From positions 868,001 to 932,000 of the forward strand of contig OZ025788.1 in NCBI GenBank assembly GCA_964019425.1: a stretch of 64,000 nt of DNA. The letters run 5' to 3'. Of this stretch, positions 37,093 through 46,555 are shown in pieces. The DNA comes from Flectonema sp. DT1601. Taxonomy: Eukaryota. The position numbers and the translations under genes are program-made. Every line of letters begins with the position of its first letter. Within the stretch, counting starts at the first letter, position 1. A model generated the notes under the pieces. That model did no database searches. It saw nothing but the letters and a program-made list of their open reading frames with translations, and was not told where the DNA came from.

Positions 37093-39915
37093 TCAGAGTA
37101 ATCCCTTTCTTGCTAAAACAGCTGTAGAGTGTGCTACCAGATCTTCTTCTCCAGAGTAGTGTATGGTTCTTCCAGTCTCCCAAAAAGGACCCATCAGCCC
37201 CATGATCACAGAAGCACAGTCTGCTGGATTCAACATCGCTGCTGATTGACACCTCTTCGCCAATTCCATGGCTAAGTATTTTGCATCACAAGAATGGAAA
37301 ATAATATCACATCGAAGGAGTTCTTTAGTACCCTTTCCTCCCAACATAGTTTCAAGTGTTTTAATAGCAATACGTCTGGCATCAGGTGGTCCTGGATTTA
37401 AGTAGTACGCTTCTATACCCCAGTCTTGTTCACAGAGGACTTCGTATTGAGCAAGGAAGTATGATTGCTTAACACAATTCTTATCATTCTCGTGAATATT
37501 TGTTAAGAATATTCCCAACCCCATGGGAAGCATGGATAGGTTTCTTGCTCCGTGATGCTTTGCACACTTTAGAATCACTCGATACGTTTCTTTAATTCTT
37601 TCTTTAAGCATGTTTTGTGCGTATGGTCTAAAGCCACACCAGCCTTCATATCCAGGGACGTAGCTTGGTTGTGGAGGGCGTTTGAAATAGCGACTGGCTT
37701 CGCGGATGGTTGGTAGTGGCTTTCTAAAGTCTATTGCTGTGGCAGTGAGAAAGGTAACTGGCTGAGGTGTACATTTTGCTAGTTGATTGTGACTCCCATC
37801 ACAGCCATCGACTAAGAAGTAACCTTGTTGACTAACACAAATAGCTGTGCTAATCTCTGCAAGGGTTTGATCGAGAGTTGCCTTAGCATCAGTCGGACTA
37901 GGAAACCCAAGCATGTGAGAGCTCTGTAGAACATGTCTTCTCCATCCTTGAAACTTCTTAAATAACGGACTGGTCATTAACTCATCGTTACAAACAGCTG
38001 TCAGCTGTGCTTTTGTTTTTTTTTCTTTTATTAAATATTCATACATATCCTTTGCTAAATCTTTTTTCGAATGCTCCTTCGACAACCTCTGAAGAGTCAT
38101 AGTCAGAGATAGCAGCTCACCTTCAAGGATTCTTTGCAACTTATTTTCCTCTGCTTCTGTGCCAATGTCAATAAGTGGTGTTGCTCTATGAACTGACCAA
38201 AACAATTGGTATTCAGGGACTGATGTAAATTCCACTAACTCAGATAAGAATCGACGAGGTATCTGTGATGCAATATTCGTAAACGTTGATCGAGACAGTC
38301 GCTTTAACTCCGCAATAGTAATTTTGAATTCTTCAGTTCCATAGATGTCAGCTGCTGTAGGACCTTCTAAATCACCGAAATCAGCATCTAATGAGAAGCC
38401 TGAATTGTGTTCATCACGAGAGATCGAATCAATGATTTCGTGATTTATAATAACTTCAGTTTTATCATCGACTCTTGATCCTAATTTAGGTAACAATTCA
38501 ATATGGTGAACACCTGGTTCAATTTCCCTACGATCAGAAGTTCTTCCCAACAGAGACAGAAGTACGTGTGCAGGACGTTTTCTGTGAACGTACATTCGAG
38601 GTATTTCTCTTGAAGTGTTGTTGTAAGTGGATGATTTTTTTGAATTGCTTCGAATGTCAGTTTTAGCAAATGGCGACGCATGTGCTAATGCCCCAGTCAC
38701 TAATTTCTCAACATGGTCATTGAAATCATTATCAGCAAGAGCTGAAGAATCGAGACCAAAGAATACAGTAGCAGTTCCTGACAAACTGATATCAAAGTCT
38801 TTACGTTTATACGACGAACATGTTTTTAATCCATATTTTGTATTCCGAACTGCTTTTCCTTTTAGATATTCATGTTGCTGGGCGTCTTTACATGTGTTGC
38901 CTTCTCGTTCCGCAGCAAAACACAATTCTAAAAAGCTTCTTAAAGGTACAGGCATTTCGCCTATATCATCAACATGGTTTAAAGGTGTATCATTATTAGT
39001 AGCAGCTTTCCCTGCAATATACATATACGATTCTGGTCCCCAGTCTGATTTTCCGAGAGGAGCTCCAGACCATGTTATCATGGCGTTGTACATTTCTAGT
39101 ATGCTGCAGCCTAAAGCCCAAAGATCAGATTGATAACTGTATTTATTATGAACTATTATAAACGGGGACATGTACGGAGGTGATCCAACAGCTGATCCTT
39201 TTGTCACAACTTCCGAAGACGAAAGTCCAAAATCTGTGAGTGCTACGCTTCCCATGCTATCAGCTAACATGTTTTGAGGTTTTAAATCTCTATGAACTAT
39301 CTCACAGCTGTGTAAATAACTGAGACCAGCAACTAGTTGAATTGTGTATTTGCGAAGTGTATATGCTGGAAGAGGTCCAAACTCAGAAATTTGATGATAT
39401 ATACTACCCTGAGCCCAGTATGACATAACAATTTCTGCAGTTGTTTGACAAGGTGACTCGTGAAATCCCCAAACCCGAACAATATTTCTATGAGAAAGCT
39501 GCTTTAAAATAGTGTACTCTTGTTTGGCAGCAGCTACCGTTGTGTCTTCATTTATTTGAACCTCTTTGACAACGTAGACAGTGCCGTAGTCATCGAGGGC
39601 TTTGAAGACTTTTCCAAATGCTCCTTTTGCGATCATTGTTCCTCTCTTTAGACCGCAATTCATATCACCAGCTGATTTCAATACCGTTGTAACATTGCAG
39701 ACTGTTGCTCTTCTTCCTGTGCCTGGTAAGGAGCGTACTTTCCTAGAGCAACTTCTGTATCCTTCGGCTGCAATGGTACAGAGGCTATGCAAAGCTTCGA
39801 CTTTATCACGTGGACATGATTGTTTTAATTCATCAATGATTTCTCCGAATAGGTTTATAATATCATGGGATTCCAGATATTCTTTATCAATTTCATTGTT
39901 GTGTAACTCTTCCAT
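37093..39915 (-). CDS. STE-group protein kinase with an N-terminal RIIa/Dpy-30-like docking helix pair and a C-terminal macro/PARG-like domain
   Basis: Kinase motifs AKGAFGKV, VVKE, HRDLKPQN, DFG, GSPPYMSP, SDLWALG. N-terminal EYLESHDIINLFGEIIDELKQSCPRD. C-terminal MLNPAD..GEEDL and LSMLPMGLGIF. Confidence 0.85.
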   Translation of the reverse strand: MEELHNNEIDKEYLESHDIINLFGEIIDELKQSCPRDKVEALHSLCTIAAEGYRSCSRKVRSLPGTGRRATVCNVTTVLKSAGDMNCGLKRGTMIAKGAFGKVFKALDDYGTVYVVKEVQINEDTTVAAAKQEYTILKQLSHRNIVRVWGFHESPCQTTAEIVMSYWAQGSIYHQISEFGPLPAYTLRKYTIQLVAGLSYLHSCEIVHRDLKPQNMLADSMGSVALTDFGLSSSEVVTKGSAVGSPPYMSPFIIVHNKYSYQSDLWALGCSILEMYNAMITWSGAPLGKSDWGPESYMYIAGKAATNNDTPLNHVDDIGEMPVPLRSFLELCFAAEREGNTCKDAQQHEYLKGKAVRNTKYGLKTCSSYKRKDFDISLSGTATVFFGLDSSALADNDFNDHVEKLVTGALAHASPFAKTDIRSNSKKSSTYNNTSREIPRMYVHRKRPAHVLLSLLGRTSDRREIEPGVHHIELLPKLGSRVDDKTEVIINHEIIDSISRDEHNSGFSLDADFGDLEGPTAADIYGTEEFKITIAELKRLSRSTFTNIASQIPRRFLSELVEFTSVPEYQLFWSVHRATPLIDIGTEAEENKLQRILEGELLSLTMTLQRLSKEHSKKDLAKDMYEYLIKEKKTKAQLTAVCNDELMTSPLFKKFQGWRRHVLQSSHMLGFPSPTDAKATLDQTLAEISTAICVSQQGYFLVDGCDGSHNQLAKCTPQPVTFLTATAIDFRKPLPTIREASRYFKRPPQPSYVPGYEGWCGFRPYAQNMLKERIKETYRVILKCAKHHGARNLSMLPMGLGIFLTNIHENDKNCVKQSYFLAQYEVLCEQDWGIEAYYLNPGPPDARRIAIKTLETMLGGKGTKELLRCDIIFHSCDAKYLAMELAKRCQSAAMLNPADCASVIMGLMGPFWETGRTIHYSGEEDLVAHSTAVLARKGLL

Positions 39916-40466
39916 TGTCCCTGTTTGACAAATTAGTTGTTATAGACTCGTATTACTACTTAAGTAAACTAAACTACTTCCTGAAAGTACTTCAAACAAC
40001 AATATAAACCGAAATAAAAGAATATTGCAAGTGCTTTTTAAAGGAAGTGTGCGTAGGTTTTATTTATTTTTCATATTTTTTTTTTTTTACCCCTTTATTT
40101 CCCCCTTCTCTTTTTTTTTTTTTTTTTTGCTTTCTTTCTCTTTTTTTCTCTCAAGGGGTAGTTAAGAATCAAATTCACAGTATGAAAAAAAAAAAAAAAA
40201 AAATGAAAAACACTTTGCCCCAGCTGGTGCTTTGATAGCTGGGTGGGGAGAATAAGTCTATATGGGATGGAGTGAAAGACCAATTATTATTATTATTACT
40301 ATTTTTTTTTTTCTCGCGCGCACAAAAAAATGAACCAGAATATGGAAAGCGAGCGGCAACAAACAAGAACGACGAAAAAAAAAAAAAAAACAGTTAGTGT
40401 GACGTACTATTGACCTACTCTAATTACTTACAAGTAGCTAATTAGCAGGACACCTCAACTGCGTGC

Positions 40467-40657
40467 AGGCTTGAAATGAATCTCAAAAGTACCTTTCAGT
40501 AATAATATAAAACCAACCTTTGATTCGTTTTCCATTAGAAGTTGCCCTATATCCATGAATTTAGGGCTTAAGATAAATCTCAAAAGCGCCTACTACTTGA
40601 TTAGATATCCATTCCAATAAAAACGCTTTGGGCTTGAGATTAGTCTCAAAAGCACCT
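40467..40657. repeat. Three ~28-nt semi-palindromic repeats with unrelated spacers
   Basis: GGCTT(G/A)A(G/A)ATNA(A/G)TCTCAAAAG(C/T)(A/G)CCT at 40467, 40564 and 40630. Confidence 0.7.
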
Positions 40658-41830
40658 TTACAAAAAACATTAAACATCACAACCACTACCCCGCACTGCA
40701 GTTCAATTTTACTTGTCAGTAAACAGAAACCTTAGACTTGGGGGGATATCACGAGCTATCTTTCGGCCCACGTTTTTTTTTGTTTGGTTGCGTGTGTAGG
40801 TCTTTTTTTTTTTTTTTTTTTTTTGCTGCAAGATGGAGATTATTTTTGATGCCATTTTTTTTGGGAAGGGAACGGGAATGAACTGAGCTGGCAGTTGCAA
40901 CAAAATCAAACATCGTGAACCAATACAAAGAATAAGGTTTTCCTTTTTTTTTTTTTTAAATTTTTTTTCTTTTCAGCCATGAAGTTGCAAGGTGCGCACA
41001 AGTGAAGGAGAATACCGCAAAAAAAAAAAAAAAAAAAGCAGTACAACTATTTTTTTTTCCTCTAAAATAACAAACGGTCACAAGATTATCCCGTTTAAAA
41101 AAATATGAAAACATGAAAACATGAAAGATTAAAAACTGAACCAGTCAATCACTATGAATAAAAAAGAACAGAAAGACGACGACACCCAACACTCGATTGT
41201 AAGTAATTCTGTTCCCCCATATAATGGGATTCGTGGAAAAAAGAGAAACAAGGCTCAGTATAGTTTTCAGCAAATTAAAAAATAATAAGGGCGGGAGTGT
41301 GAAAAGAAAACGAAAAAAAAAAAAAAATACTCATCTTTGTCTAACAGTTGTTTTACTTTATGAAGTTATGACTGAAAAAAACAGAACCCCAACTTCCTCC
41401 AAAAGAAAGAACAGCAAAGTACCTTAGCCTGGTTTAGGTTACATATTTTTATTTTATTTTATAAAAAAAAAAAAAAAAAACGAAAGAATAAAGGCAAGAA
41501 GCAAAACAACACCACCCATCGCACTCTAAGATATTTATTACGTCCCACAGAACCCGCAATGCCAACAGTAGCAATTTTACGGACTAAGAAGGACAATATT
41601 CGAATCGAATAACGTTACACCAAACGGTGTGACGACAACCAACTTGGCCCATAAAAAAAAACTAAATGTGAGGAAAATTGCTTGCTTCCAAAAAATGTGG
41701 AGGGGGGGAGGTGATTATTATTTTCGTATCAGATTCAAGTCGTTGGAGTTTTGGCAGGAACTTTGGTTCACAAAAAAATTGAAAAAAAAAAAAAAAAAAA
41801 AAAAGTCCGCCACCTTTCTCATCTATAATG

Positions 41831-42295
41831 TTTATTATTTATTTATTTATTATTTATTTACGAAGCCTAGGAAGCCAAAGCCAGGAAAAGCTCACAGAGT
41901 AACAGTTATATCGCTACCAGCAACCGTGAGACTCTCACAGACGATAAGAGACGTAGAATAACCTGGAACAAATGACTACCTAAACCCACCGCCGGCGCGA
42001 GCAGACAGTGTTTGAGACGGCTGATAACGCCAATTTTCGTCAAAGAGAGGGAGAACACGCCAAATTATTTATTTTATTTATTTATTTATTTACGAAGCCT
42101 AGGAAGCCAAAAGCCAGGAAAAGCTCACAGAGTAACAGTTATATCGCTACCAGCAACCGTGAGACTCTCACAGACGATAAGAGACGTAGAATAACCTGGA
42201 ACAAATGACTACCTAAACCCACCGTCCACGCGAGCAGACAGTGTTAGAGACGGCTGATAACGCCAATTTTCGCCAAAGAGAGGGAGAACACGCCA
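41831..42295 (-). repeat. Tandem pair of ~232-bp retrotransposon 3' ends (41831-42062 and 42064-42295), each with its own (TAAA)n tail
   Basis: Direct repeats differing at about six positions outside the tails. Confidence 0.9.
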
Positions 42296-42391
42296 CATTA
42301 GATCAGAAAATAAGAAATAAAGTAATGATAAGTAATAGAAATGATACTAATAAATAAAATAAGAAATTACACTAGAGGAAAGAGACGTTCA

Positions 42392-45300
42392 TTATCTACC
42401 TCGGGGATTACTTCGCAGGAGGCGACTTAGGCGAGAGAGGAACTTAGAAAGCTTGGATTCCGACCAGCTAGGATTGACCAGCACATTAACCATAGAAAGG
42501 TCGTCAATAACAACATTTAAATCGGTAGCTTTATAAGCGTTATCAATAAGTTCCATAACATATTTCTTCACATCAGAACCCAGTAGCGAGAAACTTGTCT
42601 TCCTTTCGATGTGTGTGATTAGTTTCTTCCTCACAAAAATACCCTGAAGCGGAAACTTCAACAACAACGGATTGTCAGATAACTCTTTAAGATGATTATC
42701 AAGCTTGCTGATCAATAACAACGTGAAAGGCTGCCATTCGGTTCGAAAGAACATATCCAGAGATAGCTCATCATCAGGTGTCGGAAATCTCATGGTTTGC
42801 TTTACTAATTCCCTGGTCTCAACGCATTCAAGCAGCAGATGCTCAGTTGAGGTATCCTGAAAGCCACAGAACAGACAACATTTAAAGCCCGCAGTGACCC
42901 TCGGTAGCTTTACAAGCCTGTGGTGAGAGGTTCGCAGACGAGACAATTCTACCTCCTGCCCCCTATTGAGACAGGGAAGGAAACGCTGAGGGCCAGATCC
43001 TAGAGTCGCTTTGCTGTATGAATGCGAAGAGTCCACAGTACCCATAGCCTTCCAATTTGCTTGTTTCTTAATACAACATTGAGCCATCCTGAAATCATAC
43101 GGAGTTAGTTCAGGGTCAACTGATTGCAAGGCTGCCTTCTTTGCCAGTGTATCAGCCAGTTCATTCCCTGCAATGCCACAATGAGATGGGACATGTTGGA
43201 AAATCAACGGCCTATCAAGAAGCACTGAGCGTTCAAAAATCTCACGATTTGTTGATGATGACTGCCTGGATGGCCCCCTATGCAGGGAGGCAAGCGCCGA
43301 CTGACAATCACTGAAAATATGAATCACGCCATGCGAAACAACATGAAGATTCTCCTCTAGTAGTTCAAGGGCTGACAATAGTGCTAGTTGTTCTGCATTG
43401 TAAATCGTGAGGGACGGTTGGAACTTGGAGAGCTTCTCAATGACCTTGCCAGCAACTAGCAGAACAGCAGCCCCCCCACATAATAATCCCCGCTCCTCGT
43501 CATGGAAGACCGAGGCATCAGTGTAGACTTCAGCAACACACGGGGGCAGTTCATTGAGGGTCGTCATCGCCACAGTATACTTCTCCTCAGGTGTGTCAGT
43601 CTTGTCATAACCGCAGGACGTGTTTACAACCAAAGGAGGATGCTTCGACCACGGAGGGTACTGATGTGGCAGAACTTTCTGGGACCTAAGCTCTGACAGA
43701 GAAAATTCCGAGGAACAGGCTTCAACTCTAGTCTGCCATGGTCTCTTCTTCTCACCACCGTTAAACAGCCTCCATGAAGGACATTCAGGTTGTCGCCTTA
43801 GCAAATCTTCATGAACTAGGGCAAGGAGCCTAGATATCGTTTGTTGCAGCGGTGGAATTCGCGACTCAACTGTGAGCACCACATCCTTCGTCGAGAACGA
43901 GCAACCAGTGAGTCTTATCCTTAGATGACGCAAGCACGCTTCGATCCGCTTGATCTGAGCATCAGACAAAAAGGGAGAAAAGGCCTTTAGTCCAAAGAAC
44001 GCTCGAGATAACACTGCACCATCTACAAGCTGACGAAGGGTATCAGTTTTGACCTCATAGGCAGAGAACATTTTGAGTAAACCGCAACCAGCTCGAATTG
44101 TTTTCACAATCTTATCCACCTGTTCGTCGAAGCATAGCGAGTCATCAATGATAACTCCTAGGTATTTCGCGCTCCTGACACGTTTCAGCGGGATCGCTGC
44201 TTTCAGCCTGAACTCTTTGCTCTTACGAGCACAGGCCAGTCGGACAAAGTCAGAACGTCTCGTCACCGGGTAACCATCAATCTCCAGTGGCAGCAAAGCA
44301 TCAGCGAGATCCAGAACTGCCCCTATTGATGGAGAAAGCTTCTCAGTGAGAGCACCGGCAGAGCCTGTAGGCATGTGTAACTCTTCAACAGACGATGGGA
44401 AGTAAAAGCGAGGTGCCCTACTCCATTCGACATCGGAGCCAGAGATGCGCTTACCAAAGGCAACGTACTCTGTTTTCTTCATGTTTACCTCCATCTTAGA
44501 GGAAACCATCCAACCTTCTATCTGAGAGATGACGGACAGGCCCTTCGCTTCGATCCCATCTATCTTCTCATGTTGCAGAAACACGGCAAGATCATCAGCA
44601 AACAGAACACTGAGATCAGCATCACTTATTAGACCTGGCAGGGAGTCGACAAAGATCCGAAATAAGAGAGGACCAAGCACAGATCCTTGAGGGACCCCCT
44701 TTGTACACGATCTGGATCCATTATCTAATCCCAGAGACAGACTCACATTTCTATCCGAAAGATAATTCGCAAGCCATTTAACATACGGAACCGGCAGGAC
44801 AGCTACCAATCTATCAACGAGTATTTGATGATCCACGTTATCGAATGCCCCAGAGATATCAAAGAGGATGATCGCTCCATAACCATCATAGAGTTTCTGC
44901 ACACCGGAAGCCGCATCCACCAATAGCGAGATGTTCTCTTCTACATTTCTGCCCGGCGTAAAACCAGACTGCCTAGGGTCCAACTTCCCCTCCAACAAAT
45001 GTTCACATCGATTACCTACAAGCGACTCCAAGCACTTCGAAACAATTGACGTCAAAGAGATTGGTCTGTAAGAAGACGGAAGAAGCGGGTCACGATCCCC
45101 TCCCTTCGGAATTATTATCACCTTGGCCTTTTTCATGCAAGAGGGAAAGATACCCCTCCTGAAAGATAGCGAGGCGAGTCTAAGCAATAGTAGGAGCATA
45201 CGGGGACCCAAGTTAAGCAGCATATTATTAGAAACAGAATCTAAACCAGACCCGTGGGAGGGAGTCAATGACTTCAGTACCGTGTATAACTCATGAATCG

Positions 45301-46555
45301 AAAAAGAACCACAGCTTGAGTCATCATAATCAGCAGGCTTCGAATCAGGAACTAATAACGGTGAGGATTTTGAATCACCAAAGAAATGGTCGAGTAAATC
45401 ATCAGCAGCTACCGGAACTTCCTTCGAATTAGACCGACCGCCCCTGAGTTCCCGCAGTTTGTCGAAGGCCCAGGCCGCTCCTTTTGAAGAACCAATTTTC
45501 GCAATAAGATCAGGTCTCAGCTTAGGTAATTTCTTCCTCCGCTTCGTATCAGATTTGAACCATTTGTTTGGAAGCGTTTCAATAGCCACCTCCTCAATTA
45601 GACTAATAAATTCACATCCAAGCTTGTTCACATTAGACATCCCCTCCAAACGATGAGCTCGCGCTTCAGTTAGCACGCGAAATGAGACCCAGTGCTCATC
45701 CTCGAACTTGTTGTAGAACCAGCGGCGGTGAGCGGGAGTGGTAATTTGTGAGCAGCCCGGATATACCGAGATGTCAACCACTATTGGCGTGTGGTCGGAC
45801 CCACTATCAGACGCACTGTATTGGTGTACATTCAACACCTCAATATTGCTGTCGACAAGAAACAAATCAGGTGAAGTCTCTGAACAAGGTCTTGTATCCA
45901 GCGGAACATCGCAAATCTGCAGTCCATTTCCGTTAATCCAATCAAGAACTGACAGACCTCGCGACGAACTACTTGTTGGAACCACCCTCGACCACGACCG
46001 ATGGTGAGCATTGAAATCTCCACATACTACTTCACCGAAGACAACAGAGGTCGGCACCAAGAAATTCTGCGGAATATACACATTAGAAGACGTAATCGGA
46101 CCGATGTCTGTCATTACCTCGACAACTAACACCTCAAACGGTGAATTACGCTCAGTTGGATCCGATAATCTCCTGACCACAAGGGAGTCCCTGCAGAAAG
46201 TCGCCAGTCCACCACCGCGTTTTGCCTTGCCATCAAAATTTAATCTGATTCTGTCCCTACGGAAGCAGGTGTATCCCTGAAGTTGAATCTGTTCATCAAG
46301 AACCAGATCAGTGAGCCAAGTTTCTTGAATATGGAGGATGTCAGGATTAGCCGATTGAACGAGCCGTACCAGAGATTCATGGTGCTTTACCATCGACAGC
46401 GCATTCCAACTAAGTATTCTCAGCGGCGATATATCAGACATCGGACCAGGGTGTCTCGGAAAACCACTACGATAGAGTTCCAGAAGCCCACTCACAGAAT
46501 AATAGTACTCCAAGGACGGAGTCTTTCCCAATAAAGAGTCAATTGGAAGTGGTTG
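42392..46555 (-). CDS. Retrotransposon ORF2: AP endonuclease, reverse transcriptase, RNase H, CCHC finger (first ATG at 46441; frame open from 46555)
   Basis: APE: SWNA, IQETW, GDFNAHH, SDH. RT: YRPISLTS, QSGF, FDISGAFDNV, GVPQGSVLGP, FADD, KYLGV. RNase H: YTDAS, AEQLAL, FSDCQS, HVPSHCGIAGNELAD. Finger: CLFC..H..C. Confidence 0.97.
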   Translation of the reverse strand, partial: QPLPIDSLLGKTPSLEYYYSVSGLLELYRSGFPRHPGPMSDISPLRILSWNALSMVKHHESLVRLVQSANPDILHIQETWLTDLVLDEQIQLQGYTCFRRDRIRLNFDGKAKRGGGLATFCRDSLVVRRLSDPTERNSPFEVLVVEVMTDIGPITSSNVYIPQNFLVPTSVVFGEVVCGDFNAHHRSWSRVVPTSSSSRGLSVLDWINGNGLQICDVPLDTRPCSETSPDLFLVDSNIEVLNVHQYSASDSGSDHTPIVVDISVYPGCSQITTPAHRRWFYNKFEDEHWVSFRVLTEARAHRLEGMSNVNKLGCEFISLIEEVAIETLPNKWFKSDTKRRKKLPKLRPDLIAKIGSSKGAAWAFDKLRELRGGRSNSKEVPVAADDLLDHFFGDSKSSPLLVPDSKPADYDDSSCGSFSIHELYTVLKSLTPSHGSGLDSVSNNMLLNLGPRMLLLLLRLASLSFRRGIFPSCMKKAKVIIIPKGGDRDPLLPSSYRPISLTSIVSKCLESLVGNRCEHLLEGKLDPRQSGFTPGRNVEENISLLVDAASGVQKLYDGYGAIILFDISGAFDNVDHQILVDRLVAVLPVPYVKWLANYLSDRNVSLSLGLDNGSRSCTKGVPQGSVLGPLLFRIFVDSLPGLISDADLSVLFADDLAVFLQHEKIDGIEAKGLSVISQIEGWMVSSKMEVNMKKTEYVAFGKRISGSDVEWSRAPRFYFPSSVEELHMPTGSAGALTEKLSPSIGAVLDLADALLPLEIDGYPVTRRSDFVRLACARKSKEFRLKAAIPLKRVRSAKYLGVIIDDSLCFDEQVDKIVKTIRAGCGLLKMFSAYEVKTDTLRQLVDGAVLSRAFFGLKAFSPFLSDAQIKRIEACLRHLRIRLTGCSFSTKDVVLTVESRIPPLQQTISRLLALVHEDLLRRQPECPSWRLFNGGEKKRPWQTRVEACSSEFSLSELRSQKVLPHQYPPWSKHPPLVVNTSCGYDKTDTPEEKYTVAMTTLNELPPCVAEVYTDASVFHDEERGLLCGGAAVLLVAGKVIEKLSKFQPSLTIYNAEQLALLSALELLEENLHVVSHGVIHIFSDCQSALASLHRGPSRQSSSTNREIFERSVLLDRPLIFQHVPSHCGIAGNELADTLAKKAALQSVDPELTPYDFRMAQCCIKKQANWKAMGTVDSSHSYSKATLGSGPQRFLPCLNRGQEVELSRLRTSHHRLVKLPRVTAGFKCCLFCGFQDTSTEHLLLECVETRELVKQTMRFPTPDDELSLDMFFRTEWQPFTLLLISKLDNHLKELSDNPLLLKFPLQGIFVRKKLITHIERKTSFSLLGSDVKKYVMELIDNAYKATDLNVVIDDLSMVNVLVNPSWSESKLSKFLSRLSRLLRSNPRGR

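Noticed and set aside
40467..40657. CRISPR array
   Set aside because: Only three degenerate repeats, unequal spacers, eukaryotic context and no cas genes.
41805..41831. Target-site duplication of the retrotransposon
   Set aside because: The sequence beyond the distal tail was not found repeated near the presumed 5' end.
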